64,000 nucleotides of DNA from the human T2T-CHM13v2.0 reference genome, Homo sapiens. Below the pieces are notes generated by a model. The model was not told where the DNA came from. It did no database searches and saw only the letters and a program-made list of their open reading frames with translations. Where the stretch lies: assembly GCF_009914755.1 (NCBI RefSeq), contig NC_060941.1. The stretch is one strand, 5' to 3'. Made by a program: the position numbers and the translations under genes. The stretch's first letter is position 1. Each line of letters opens with the position of its first letter. Of the stretch, positions 1 through 19,222 are shown in pieces.

Positions 1-578
<578 letters not shown>

Positions 579-940
579 TTATTTTTGACTTGGGGAAATG
601 GATTAAATCTAAGTTTGTTGGCATAGTTGCTCAAGCATTCATCCCTCTGAAGTTCAGAATTATTTTACCTTTTTTATTCTTTCACTCTTTGGATATGTTT
701 TTATTGAAAAGCCACAGTATGCTGGCTTGTGGTCACTTAAAAAGAAAAACATTTTTTAAAGAGAAGGGAAAAAAAGAAACGCCACAGTACTATTTGTAAA
801 AGGGGATAGTGGGTGGCTGCCAAGAAAAGATTTCCAAGCAAACTCCTTTTCAGTGTTTATTCATTTGAAGAGCCTCCTTGGGGCAGCTGCAAACTGTGGT
901 GTCCTTGGTGCTGTTCTCAGTCTGCGCCTGGTCATTGCAG

Positions 941-1036
941 GGCCCCGTGAAGCACGTGTACAGAGTCCTGCAGTGTCAGGAAGAAGAGCTCACGCAGATG
1001 GTGTCCACGATGTCCGACGGCTGGAAATTCGAACAG
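941..1036 (+). CDS. KCTD2: KCTD2 internal coding exon ([32 protein letters not shown])
   Basis: 96-nt phase-0 exon bounded by ttgcag| and |gtac; peptide is the KCTD2/5/17 C-terminal domain. Confidence 0.95.
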
Positions 1037-1662
1037 GTACATCTCTTAACAGAGCAGCAATCCCAGGCCCCGTTCAAGGGGTCTGCAGCTCTTCAAACAA
1101 TCAGTGTGGATGGCCAATTAATAACCACGGGAGACGGCTACGGCCAGGTGGGATCCTATTCCAAAACATGGGCAAAGAGCCATTTGGTGGGCACTGCTGG
1201 CCTAGTGGTGCGTGAGGAGTTGGGGAAACAGAGGAGCATCATGTCTTAGCTTCACACGCAGACTTTCCAGGGGAGCCAACGAGCAGTTTAGGCTTGAAGT
1301 GCCTCAAAGCCTTTGGTTTTTGTTCCCTCACAGGGATCGTAGAATGAGTCCCTAAAGGAGACTGGGATTCGACAACAATCCTTCCATTTCTTTTCCCAGG
1401 GTCAGAACTTTTTGGTTCTGAATGTCTTATGTAATCCACCGTGAAGAGCTTGGTGAACAGCTGTGCTAGGAAGGATCAGGCGCCATGGGAAGTGTGGTGC
1501 GGCCGTTTCCCCTACTTCTCTCCGCCTCGTGCTTACGACTGAGCTATCAAAACAAAGCTATGACAGTTGGAGCTTCACTGTTCTCCTCCATTAGATGGCA
1601 GACTTGTTAAATTCTGTTGCCTTCAAAACATAGGAAGGCCAGAGCGAATAGAGTAAATACAA

Positions 1663-2165
1663 TTTTTTTTTTTTTTGGAAAGTCAAATCCCTTTCTTCAT
1701 TCCATCCCTTTTAGACATGGCATTTAAAACAGACATTGCTACATCACTAACTTCCCACAAGCTGTGGTGTCCACTGGAAAAATGTAGTCCTTGATATTTC
1801 TATTTCACATTCAAGTGATCCTCTGCCACTTATTAACTGGTTCACTTCAATTTCAAAAAGCCAAAAAAGTCCTCTAACATAAGCCTTCCAAGGTGATACT
1901 TTCAGAAACCAGGGTTGGAACTAACCAGACAACAGCGCGACAGCCAAGACCAGCTGCTCTTGATGCCCTTTTCACTTCTGTGTTGTCCTGGTTGAAGTTG
2001 GCAAAGAGCAGCTGGCCGGCGCCGGCCTCCCCGCTCTGGCTCGCCAGGTTCATGGCTGGGCGCGTGGCGAGTGGGCCCGGCCAGGGAGGGCGCGCGTGCG
2101 AGGGCGGGTCAGGCTGCACTCAGGGTCTCGGTCGCCGCCACTCGCCACCCTGGGATCAACCGCCT
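1663..2165 (-). pseudogene. Semi-processed WIPI2 retrocopy: 5' UTR + exon 1 + 54-nt exon 2 spliced, then ~250 nt of retained intron and an A14 tail
   Basis: Minus-strand peptide [43 protein letters not shown] (ATG 2053-2051) matches the WIPI2a N-terminus; donor GTTAGT at 1925-1920; T14 at 1663-1676; flanking direct repeats GAGTAAATAcaATTTT (from 1651) and GAGTAAATAtgATTTT (from 2166). Confidence 0.9.
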
Positions 2166-3550
2166 GAGTAAATATGATTTTATACGGATTATGCCTACTT
2201 ATGTGTAGAGTTTTAACAGGTCAACAGCTGTCTCACCAGATGCTTACCTTCTAAAAGAAAACTCACACTTTGCATTAATGCTGTTATCTCACAGATCAAG
2301 TGCAAAGCTGTCTCTGCCTTCAGAGCCAGCGGTGATTATTTCTCACACTTAGCTTCCACCACGGAATCCACTCTGCCTGTGTCTGTCATCCTGGTTCTTA
2401 CTGGGCATGGGTTGTAAAACGTCGCCAAGAGTTTAATGCCCTCCACTCCAGAAGTATTTTTCCTAATATGAGCTCTTAAGCAAAGGATTTTTTTAATGTA
2501 TTCTTTGTGAAACTAAAATGAATAATTTCTTGTTAATTTCTCATCTTATTACTGTCCCGTGGGAAGACGGAGGGTGTTCCTATTGCCTCCCTTCTGGATG
2601 AGGAAGTTTGTTTCAGACAGGCGGAGGCGCCCCCAGCCCCATCCTACCACAGTCAGCCATGCCGCCCATGTGAGGCCTCGCCTGCTCACTGGGATGCCCT
2701 CACCCTCTGCCTGAGCTGCTCCCCTGCGTGTGTATTTCCTCTTTAGAATTAAATTCTGAATTCTATTATCCAAAAAGGTTAAAAGTACCAGCATGCTGGG
2801 CACGGTGGTTCACACCTGTAATCTCGGCACTTTGGGAGGCCACGGTGGGAGGATTGCTTGAGTCCTGGAGTTCGGAGACCAGCCTGGGCAACATAGCGAG
2901 ACCCCCCTTCTCTATCAAAAATAAAAGAATTAGCCAGGCATGGTGGCTGTAGTCCCTGTAGTCCCAGCTACTCAGGAGGCTGACGTGGGAGGATCACTTG
3001 AGACCAGGAGGTGGAGGCTACAGTGAGCTGTGATTGCACCACTGCACTCCAGCTTGGGTGACAGAGCTAGACCCTGTCTGGAAATAAAAAGTACCAGCAG
3101 CATATGACTTCCAGTAGCTGATCAGTGATTGGCTCGGTGCTTTCCAGAGCCTCCTGTCCCCAGTCTAGGGCTTCTGCTGATAGAGGAGCCAGCTGTGTGT
3201 GTGACTGAGGCAAATGTCCATTTTGTTGGCAGATGCGTTCTGTCTTCCCTTGCTGTGCTCGACGGGGCGTGGGCATGTTAATCCTGCCGCTGACGGGGGG
3301 GGACTTCAGAGCTTGGGTGAGGGGACAGTGGAGCTCATACTCTTCCTCCTGGGGAGGCCTCACCAATGATGCCCTGATGAAGAACAGGCCCATTTCTCCC
3401 CGGGGGCTTTGGTAGTCACAGAGAACTCATATAAAGAGTTAAACCTTTGATAACTTAAAAGTTCAGTCGGAAGAGGGGTGATTTGTGTAGCACTTTCGAA
3501 AGTATGTTAAGATTGCCACATGAATGTTCACTGTATTCTTGGTTCATCAG

Positions 3551-3676
3551 CTCATCAGCATCGGATCTTCCTATAACTACGGCAATGAGGATCAGGCAGA
3601 ATTCCTCTGTGTTGTCTCCAGAGAACTAAATAATTCTACCAATGGCATCGTCATAGAGCCGAGCGAAAAGGCGAAG
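3551..3676 (+). CDS. KCTD2: KCTD2 penultimate coding exon ([42 protein letters not shown])
   Basis: 126-nt phase-0 exon, ttcatcag| ... |gtaagg; continues in frame from 941-1036. Confidence 0.95.
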
Positions 3677-4129
3677 GTAAGGAGCCCCTTCCCTGGGCAG
3701 TTGCCTCTGGCTTGCTTGTTCGCACCCCCTCCGTGGGCTTTTCCTGAACTCTTGCTCCTCACTTCTTCCCTGGCCTTCTAGAGCCAGCGTTGCATTTTCC
3801 CCTCGTTTTGTTATTTTTGACTGTTGTAATTTAATTGGGATTTACGGAGCACTGACAGGTGTTTTTAGTTAGAAAATATGAACCTAAAAAGGGTAGACTT
3901 TCTCCATCCTCTGCCAAATCAATGAAAAAGAAAAGCTGGTTGCCACTAATTACTACAGGGTAGGATTTCTGAACTCAGACTTGGAAGGTATTTTGATTTA
4001 TTCTTTAAAACTGTGCTTTTTTCACTGCCTCAGGAGAAAAGGGTGTTTTCTTACCTTGGTGACCTTTACCTCCCTTAAGTTCCTGGAAAACTGTTTCTTT
4101 TCCCTCCACTGTGCACCCCCCTCACCCCC

Positions 4130-4130
<1 letters not shown>

Positions 4131-4192
<62 letters not shown>
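4131..4192 (+). repeat. (AC)~31 microsatellite in the last KCTD2 intron
   Basis: Perfect AC dinucleotide run. Confidence 0.97.
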
Positions 4193-4194
<2 letters not shown>

Positions 4195-4466
4195 CTTCTA
4201 AATCGTGGATACCAGGTAAGCTGGAACCACTTCCTTTCAGTTGGCAAAGCTTTGGTCCAACAGCATATAAGCTTTAGACCCAGCTGTGCCCAGCAAGAGA
4301 GTGTTTCGCACCAGAAGCACTGCGGGTGAGGCTGCGGCTGCACCCCTGCTTGCTTCCTGGGATGACAGGACCATCATGCCACTCATCGGGTCCAGTGGAA
4401 AGCATCCCCCGACATCTCTGTCTTTCCCTCAGCAGCCTCAGCCTCTCCCCCATCTCCAACTTTCAG

Positions 4467-4496
4467 ATTCTTCAGGAGAGAGGATCGCGGATGTAA
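4467..4496 (+). CDS. KCTD2: KCTD2 last coding segment (ILQERGSRM*)
   Basis: Acceptor tttcag at 4461-4466; ATT CTT CAG GAG AGA GGA TCG CGG ATG TAA. Confidence 0.93.
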   Translation: MLQERGSRM

Positions 4497-7330
4497 ACTA
4501 AGACCCCGAAAACTCCAGACCTTCAGGAGAGCAGTCAGCAGAGCCCCTCTGTGAAGTGAAACCTCACTCCTGTCCAGTGACCGAGCCACTGCAAAGCACA
4601 GCTGATCCTGGCCCCCTGTGAAGAAGTGTTCTGGTCAAAACTAAAGGAACTCCCTCCCCACCTGCAGGACTCCGAAGACAGTGCGACTTCTGGCTGCAGA
4701 ATACCTTTTCAGAAACCTGCTTTCATTTGCTTAGCCAGTATTAGAACAGATCTTTACAACAGCAGCTGGGCTGGGTTCCCAGTCGGAGCCTTTCGGGGAT
4801 CTGGGGGATGAGGGCGGAAGGCCTAGCTCCTTGGAAATGGCCTGTACTTTAAGGACGCTGGAGCCAAGAGGATTGTTCCCGTGCCGTGCCATGGTTTCAC
4901 CCTATGTGTGCCACAATGGACGTTAGCAGCTGCTTCGGAACACCGTCCCTCCTATGCACCCTCCAAGACCTGCAGCAGATGCAAAGGGTTCTAGCTGCAG
5001 TTTGTCGAATTGAGGTTTTAGGTAAAGCATAGAGTTGCCAGAGTACCCCGCATTCCCATGAATAGAGCCTCCAAGGAAAGGGAGGATGGGGTGTCCTTTG
5101 TTGTGGTTGGAGGTTGGTGATCATTGCTCTGGATTTGGGGCTCCCGGCTGCCACCACATGCAGCTTTGCCTCAGCTTTCTCCAGCAGCCGGGACCCTCTG
5201 GAGAGCTTGTTTTCCCTCCAAGAAGAGGTTTGAGACAGGCGGCATCCTGCACTGAGTCAGACAAGTGGGAGCTGTAGGAACTGCACCTGCAGCCTCTTCT
5301 TACTCCCCATTGACCCTGTCTTCCTTCCCTGGCTTTTTCAACTGGACCAAAGATGAAGGCACTTATGGACCCTTTGATGGCTTGGAGTGGGGAAGGCTGT
5401 TTCTTTGAAAGTTGCCAAATGTGTTACGTTGTGTCTCAGAGAGAGTTATTTCTGTGACTCTCTTGGAAATGCCTTGACTGAATGTGCAATATTTGTGTCT
5501 CTTGGTTTCTAACCTTGGCGGACCTGCTCCCCTCTGTACTGTCCCCAGTGGTATGTATGTATGTGCTAGGCAGTCTGGGGACCCCCTGTGTCTCTGACCA
5601 CCCCCCTGACCCCCGCCATTACTTTCTTTTCTGGAGTGCCATGCTGGCGAGGATCCGGATGCGGCAGCACCCTCTTTCGGGCTGCATCCACAGAGTTTGT
5701 GTCCACACTTTCTCTCCGAGCATGTGGGTCTCGCTGAGCAGTCATGGAATGCGGTAGAGCCAGGGGACCCTGTCTGCCCCGAATAACTTTCAGTAGTATG
5801 GCAGATGGCACAGAGAAAGGGAAGGGGCTCTGGGGACTTCTCCTTCTATGAAAGCCTCCTCGAGCCAGGTGCTCCTGGGCACCTTCAGAAGTGATGTCCT
5901 GTGTGCTCCACAGCTCACCTGCTTGCCAAGGTACGTCTGGGTAGTAGTTTCTGGAAATGACTGCAGACTGTGCCAAATGTCTTTTGAGCTTCTGACCTGA
6001 CCATGCCCAGATGGCATAACTTTTCCCTAGGACCCTCAGTCTCCTTGTTTCTCTGTATCTGTACCATAGCATAGAACCCGGTATACAGGGGTTTCTGCTG
6101 ACACATCAACGTCTACACACCTATGCGCCACATTTTACAGCTGTAAAGTGTTAGATGAACTGCCGTCCTCAGTAAAAGCAGCCACCCCTTCAAGAGTCAC
6201 AGGCATCCATCCAGTCGTATCTTTCAGAGAAAAAAAAAGTTAGATGTAGCCAAGGAAAGTAGTGATCACGGGAAGGACTGCTCTGAGCCGGGTAGGATGG
6301 AGGACTTTGGAAGAGGCGCTCCTTGGCCAGGTCCAATGAGTAACATCAGACTGACAGAGGAAAAGCAGCTTGGTTTGCGGCCTTGTGCCCAGTCTCGTTG
6401 AGGCGCTTGTCCCTGTCTGCTTTCCTGGGGCATGCCTGATCAGCGTGGGCTGGAGCTCCTAGACCAACCCCAGCTTTCTCACCAGGTTCAGCAAGGAGGC
6501 CTGGGGGTCAGACACCAATGTTGAGCACCTCCTGAGGGCGCCGTTTCCTTCATTCCTCTTAGATTCCATAGTTGCCGCCATGAAAAGACTGCTCTTGAGC
6601 CCCAAGGCACAGGCACGTGCTCTGGGAAATAGACAGGAGTGGTATTTCCGCCCTCTCGGAGGGCTGGTGTTCACCAAGTTTCCCTCCTCGCTGCAACCCA
6701 ATGACACCTGTATTGTTCCAGCGCTCCAGGACTCTGGGTTCTTAAGATTTCTGGGAGCGTTGTTCACCCACCCCCTTTAGGAACCAGGCTGGTGTTCTTG
6801 CTTGAAAGCGTTGTGCCCTCTGAGTGTCTGGCTGATCACATCAGAGAGGTCTGCGTGGCAGTTTGGGGCTGTCACGTGACCAGTGACCCACACTCTCTGC
6901 TGCCCAGTACTGCCAAGTGGGGAGGGTCCTGCCTTTTTCTCTGCCCCAGGTCTGGGACGCAGGTGATGCCAGCCAGGCCCAGGAGTGCCCAGCATCCCCC
7001 AACTGATGACACAGTAGCACTGATTCTGTCTTTTCCTCAGAATCTGGCCTTTTTCCATGGCAATGAGGTGGGGCCCAGCCTCCTCTAAAGTGACTTTGTT
7101 TCTGCACAGTTGTAACTGCTCTTGGGGATGTCAGTGAGGCTGGGAGCAGGGAGCCACGGGATGCTGAGAGAGGAGGCCCGAGAGGACACCCCACCCTCCA
7201 GCGTGGCCTTTGATCCAGACTTAGGGACGAGGCTGTCACTGGTGGGCACCCTCTGTTCCTGTTTGTGTGTTTGAATAGTCTGAAATGCTGTGACTTTTTT
7301 TGTGTGAATAAAGATATGAAACTTCTGAAT
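4497..7330 (+). other. KCTD2: KCTD2 3' UTR (~2.8 kb, Alu-free)
   Basis: Runs from the stop codon to AATAAA at 7307-7312, followed by a GT-rich downstream element (gtggtgtgtttt); exact cleavage site approximate. Confidence 0.8.
7307..7312 (+). terminator. Polyadenylation signal of KCTD2
   Basis: AATAAA with upstream T-rich and downstream GT-rich elements. Confidence 0.8.
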
Positions 7331-7625
7331 CTCAAGAACTGTGGTGTGTTTTCCATTACTGCAGTCTCCTGGTTCCCACTGTCACTTCCTGTCGATGGTT
7401 CTCACATGGGTTTCAGGAGATGACTTAACTACCTTTCCTACCAGGACAGCTGACTAAGTCCTTTTCTCCTGCTACTGAAACCACCAAAGGGGGTGTTGGG
7501 CCTTCTCCCTCCTCCCTTTCATTTTACTGAATCTGAAAAGACCCAGAGAATGCAGAGAAACAGAAGGTGGGACGGATGGGCTGCCCACCAGAGAGCTGGA
7601 AAGAGACAAGGGGAGGAGTGTGAGA

Positions 7626-11480
<3,855 letters not shown>

Positions 11481-11732
11481 TTTTAATAAGAGTCATACCA
11501 CACAGAAAGATTTTCATCAGTAAAGCTTTCCCCTGGAGTAAACTGTTACTCCATGAAGCCAGATTAATTCCTTGATCAATTTTCTATACAGGGCAATTAA
11601 ATTGCTTCTAAGTTTTATATTTTCATTTTAATTTTTACTTAAATACTTTCATTAAGATCATGGTTTTCCTAGAATCTTTCTGAACTTACTCTGATTCAGA
11701 GGACTGCCCAATTAAAAAAAAAAAAAGATTGG

Positions 11733-15200
<3,468 letters not shown>

Positions 15201-15749
15201 AGACTTTGTCAGTGAAGGAAGGACTACATTGATTTACAACCTGGCATGAGCTTCTTATGTTGCTAAGAGCCAGCAGTGGTTCATGGACAGCACTTGGAAT
15301 TGCACTGTTGTGTAATATAACAATGAAAATTCCCGTTGCTGGGATAGGTGGAGACTAAAGGCTTATGTGGGACTTGGGCCTGGCAGCACTGCCGCAGGGC
15401 GCCCACACGGCTGTATACCTGCTATGCCCCTTCTGGCCCTGCTGCCTCCTGAGCTCTCCAAGGCCCTTTCCTGTGGCCTGAAACCCTATGATCATCACTG
15501 TTAGGAGCAAATAACCTGATTCCTTCGAATTAGAGACAGGCTCTCAGGGAGTGGGAGCAGCCCTCCAAGCAGAGGGCTAGGCCGTGGGCCATCCAGCACT
15601 GCACCCTCATTCTCATTAAGCTGAGCAGAAGAATGAATGAGGGATGTCTCTTCTGGGCTCGGACATGGGCCTGTTTGCAGTAGGGCTTCTCTGAGGCCAC
15701 CTCTCTGAATCAGGGGCCCCTCCTCCTCTCCCCCAACACCTTACCCCAG

Positions 15750-15845
15750 GCCGAGGTTCAAAAGGTCCAGGACACTGTGGGGAAGCAGATGCTGATCATC
15801 GCTGCTGACGGCCAAAAGCACCAGGGTCGGGTGGCCTTTCTCTCA
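15750..15845 (+). pseudogene. TRIM80P: TRIM pseudogene coiled-coil exon (AEVQKVQDTVGKQMLIIAADGQKHQGRVAFLS)
   Basis: 96-nt phase-0 exon, ccccag| ... |gtaagg; 96 nt is the typical TRIM coiled-coil exon size. Confidence 0.75.
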
Positions 15846-16044
15846 GTAAGGTTGGCCCACCCCACCCCAGGCCCAGGCTTCCCCAGTGCCCTGCATCAGG
15901 CTGCAGGGACCTCCCAGGACTCTGAGTGGATGGCATGGGACCAGGCAGTCAGGGACAGGATGCCTAGGTGGGCTCCGGGCTGTGACAGTGGTGGTGCTGG
16001 AGTGGAGCTCACGGACGCCTCTCTACACACCCCACAACCTCCAG

Positions 16045-16843
<799 letters not shown>

Positions 16844-16968
16844 TAATCCTGACTGCTCGGGAGGCTGAGGCAGGAGAATTGCTTGAACCCAGGAGGCGGA
16901 GGTTGCGGTGAGCCGGAGATTGCGCCACTGCACTCCAGCCTAGGCAACAAGAGCGAAACTCCGTCTCA

Positions 16969-17012
<44 letters not shown>

Positions 17013-17886
17013 TCAGCCTTTAGGGTGCATCACTGTGTCCATTCCCCTGCCTCAGGGAGCCTCCCCATTCCAGGTCTTCTGTCTTGAGCTTGCACGAACA
17101 CCCTTGGCTTTCTCCACTTCAGAGCTCAGCCTTACCCTAACTTTCCTGCCTTGGTTTTCCTGGAACACATGGGATTCCAGGCATCTAGCACAGCCTAAGT
17201 TTCTCCAGACTTCCCTGGATCATGGCTGAGAGTGAGACCAGAACAATCTGTATAGCCTGGATTGAAATCCCTTTTCCAGCCCAGGAGGTGGAGGTTGCAG
17301 TGACCCAAGACTGCACCATTGCACTCCAGCCTGGGCAACAAACTAAGACTCTGTCTCAAAAAAAGAAAAAAAAAAAGAATCATGAAATCCCTTTTCCTTC
17401 CCCAATCCTGGCCTGGCCCTGAAGCCTGGACTGATGCTGCTGTAAGTAGCGGGTGGGGCCAAGCAGCAGCCTTTTCTGGACGGTGCCTGGAGTTGCCCAA
17501 ACCCTGTGCTTGGGAACTCCAGCTTCCTTTAAGCTGCCATCACACCCTGGGCAGACATCTAGGGCAACTGCTCACTTTGTCCCCTGTGCACAATGGGAAG
17601 CATTTGGCAATGGCTTTTACTAAGCAGTTCAAGGCACAACAAAAATCCTCCCATCATTTTCTGAAAATCCCCTTTGCCTAATGCACACTAGGCCACAGTG
17701 GCCAAGCCCTTGGCAAAGCCCTGACCTCTGATGTCCAAATAGCTAGGAGGAGGGAAAGGAGATGCCCAGGTTTGGAAAGGGGAAGCTTCTGCTCCACCGG
17801 CCCATGGTTCTGGAGGCCTCTGGGCCTGTGGCATCGGCCTAGGTCCTGGCTAACAGGTGGTACCTCTGGCCCCTCCCTGCATCCAG

Positions 17887-18045
17887 GGGTTCCTCCGACT
17901 GAAGCAGTTCTCAGCCTGCATGGAACCCCTGATGGGCATCAACTGTGAGGAAACGCAGAGCTTCCCCCAGCTGCCAGAGACCCTGGCTGAGCTCTGGATG
18001 CGGCTGCTGGACATGGGCCTCAGCTTCTTTAACCAGCTCTCAAAG
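17887..18045 (+). pseudogene. TRIM80P: TRIM pseudogene linker exon remnant (GFLRLKQFSACMEPLMGINCEETQSFPQLPETLAELWMRLLDMGLSFFNQLSK), running directly into Alu
   Basis: ccctgcatccag| acceptor; open phase-0 frame; no donor before Alu sequence. Confidence 0.6.
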
Positions 18046-18073
18046 TTCTGGGATTACAGGATTACAGGCGTGA

Positions 18074-18277
<204 letters not shown>

Positions 18278-18635
18278 TAGAGATGGAGTTTCACCATGTT
18301 GGTCAGGCTGGTCTTGAATTCATGACCTCAAGTGATCCGTCCGCCTTGGCCTCCCAAAGTGCTGGGATTACAGGCGTGAGCCACCTCGCTGGGCCCCCAC
18401 TCAGTCTTGTGTGCCTGAACAAATACAAAGGGAGACGATGTTAGGGTCTGATGGCGGGGGAGGAGGGCGACCTGGGGCAGCACCCACTCACCCTCCAGGC
18501 TGTGTCTGAGCAGCGGGCTGAGTTTGGGGACAGGAGCGTGGGTGGAAGCATCCCCTGACTTGTATGCAAATGCCTTGCAAGCCAGCGTCCTGCCCTGGAG
18601 GCTGCTGACCCTGCTTCCCCACCTCCACCCGCCAG

Positions 18636-19222
18636 GTTACTGCAACCTGAACTTTGACCCCGCCACCGCCGGCGACGAGCTGTTCCAGCTCTAGGAGACC
18701 CGCTGGGTGCTGAACCTGGGGATCCTCCTGGAGCCCCTGACAGGGGGCGGCCCCTTCCCGGGCTTCAAGCAGTGACCGCAGATGCTGTGCTCGCGCGGCC
18801 TGTCCGAGGGCCGCCACTAGGACGGGAGGTGGAGGTGTCCAACTCGTGGGTGTGCCTGGGCGTCACCTACCCCCGCAGCTCCCCGCTCGGCGGCCGCCCG
18901 AGCCGCAGCGTGGTCTACCTGCTGGGCCGCAACCCCTTCTCGTGGTGCCTGGAGTGGGACTCGCTCAAGTTATCGGTGTGGCACGACAACGCGCAGACCG
19001 TGCTGCACGGCGCCTACCACCGCACGCTGGGCGTGGCGCTCGACTGCGACGCCGGCGGCTTGTCCTTCTACGGCCTGGCGGGTGGCGCCAGCCTCTTCTA
19101 CCGCTTCCTGGCATCCTTCCTCGAGCCGCTCTACCCCGCGGTCATGGTCAGCAGCGGCGCCTCGGCCACGCTCAAGCGGCGCCCGGAGCCCGCGCCGCCC
19201 GTGACAGCACCCCATAAATAAA
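18636..19222 (+). pseudogene. TRIM80P: TRIM pseudogene terminal PRY/SPRY (B30.2) exon with 3 stops and a frameshift
   Basis: YCNLNFDPATA, LSEGRH*..EVEVSNSWVCLGVTY, LLGRNPFSWCLEW, LGVALDCDAGGLSFY and FLEPLYPA are B30.2 motifs; TAG 18692, TGA 18773, TAG 18818; frameshift ~18821-18825; terminal TAA 19219-19221 overlaps AATAAA 19217-19222. Confidence 0.92.

Noticed and set aside
11500-11726. AT-rich segment ending in an A run, a possible short retroposed 3' end
   Set aside because: Source not recognisable and no convincing target-site duplication
15255-15295. RFX-like GTTGCTAAG and REST half-site CATGGACAGCAC upstream of the TRIM remnant
   Set aside because: Partial motifs expected by chance; no supporting evidence in sequence
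18772-19221. 149-aa SPRY ORF as a functional gene
   Set aside because: GTG start in a non-homologous frame, upstream stops and frameshift; it is the distal part of the pseudo-exon
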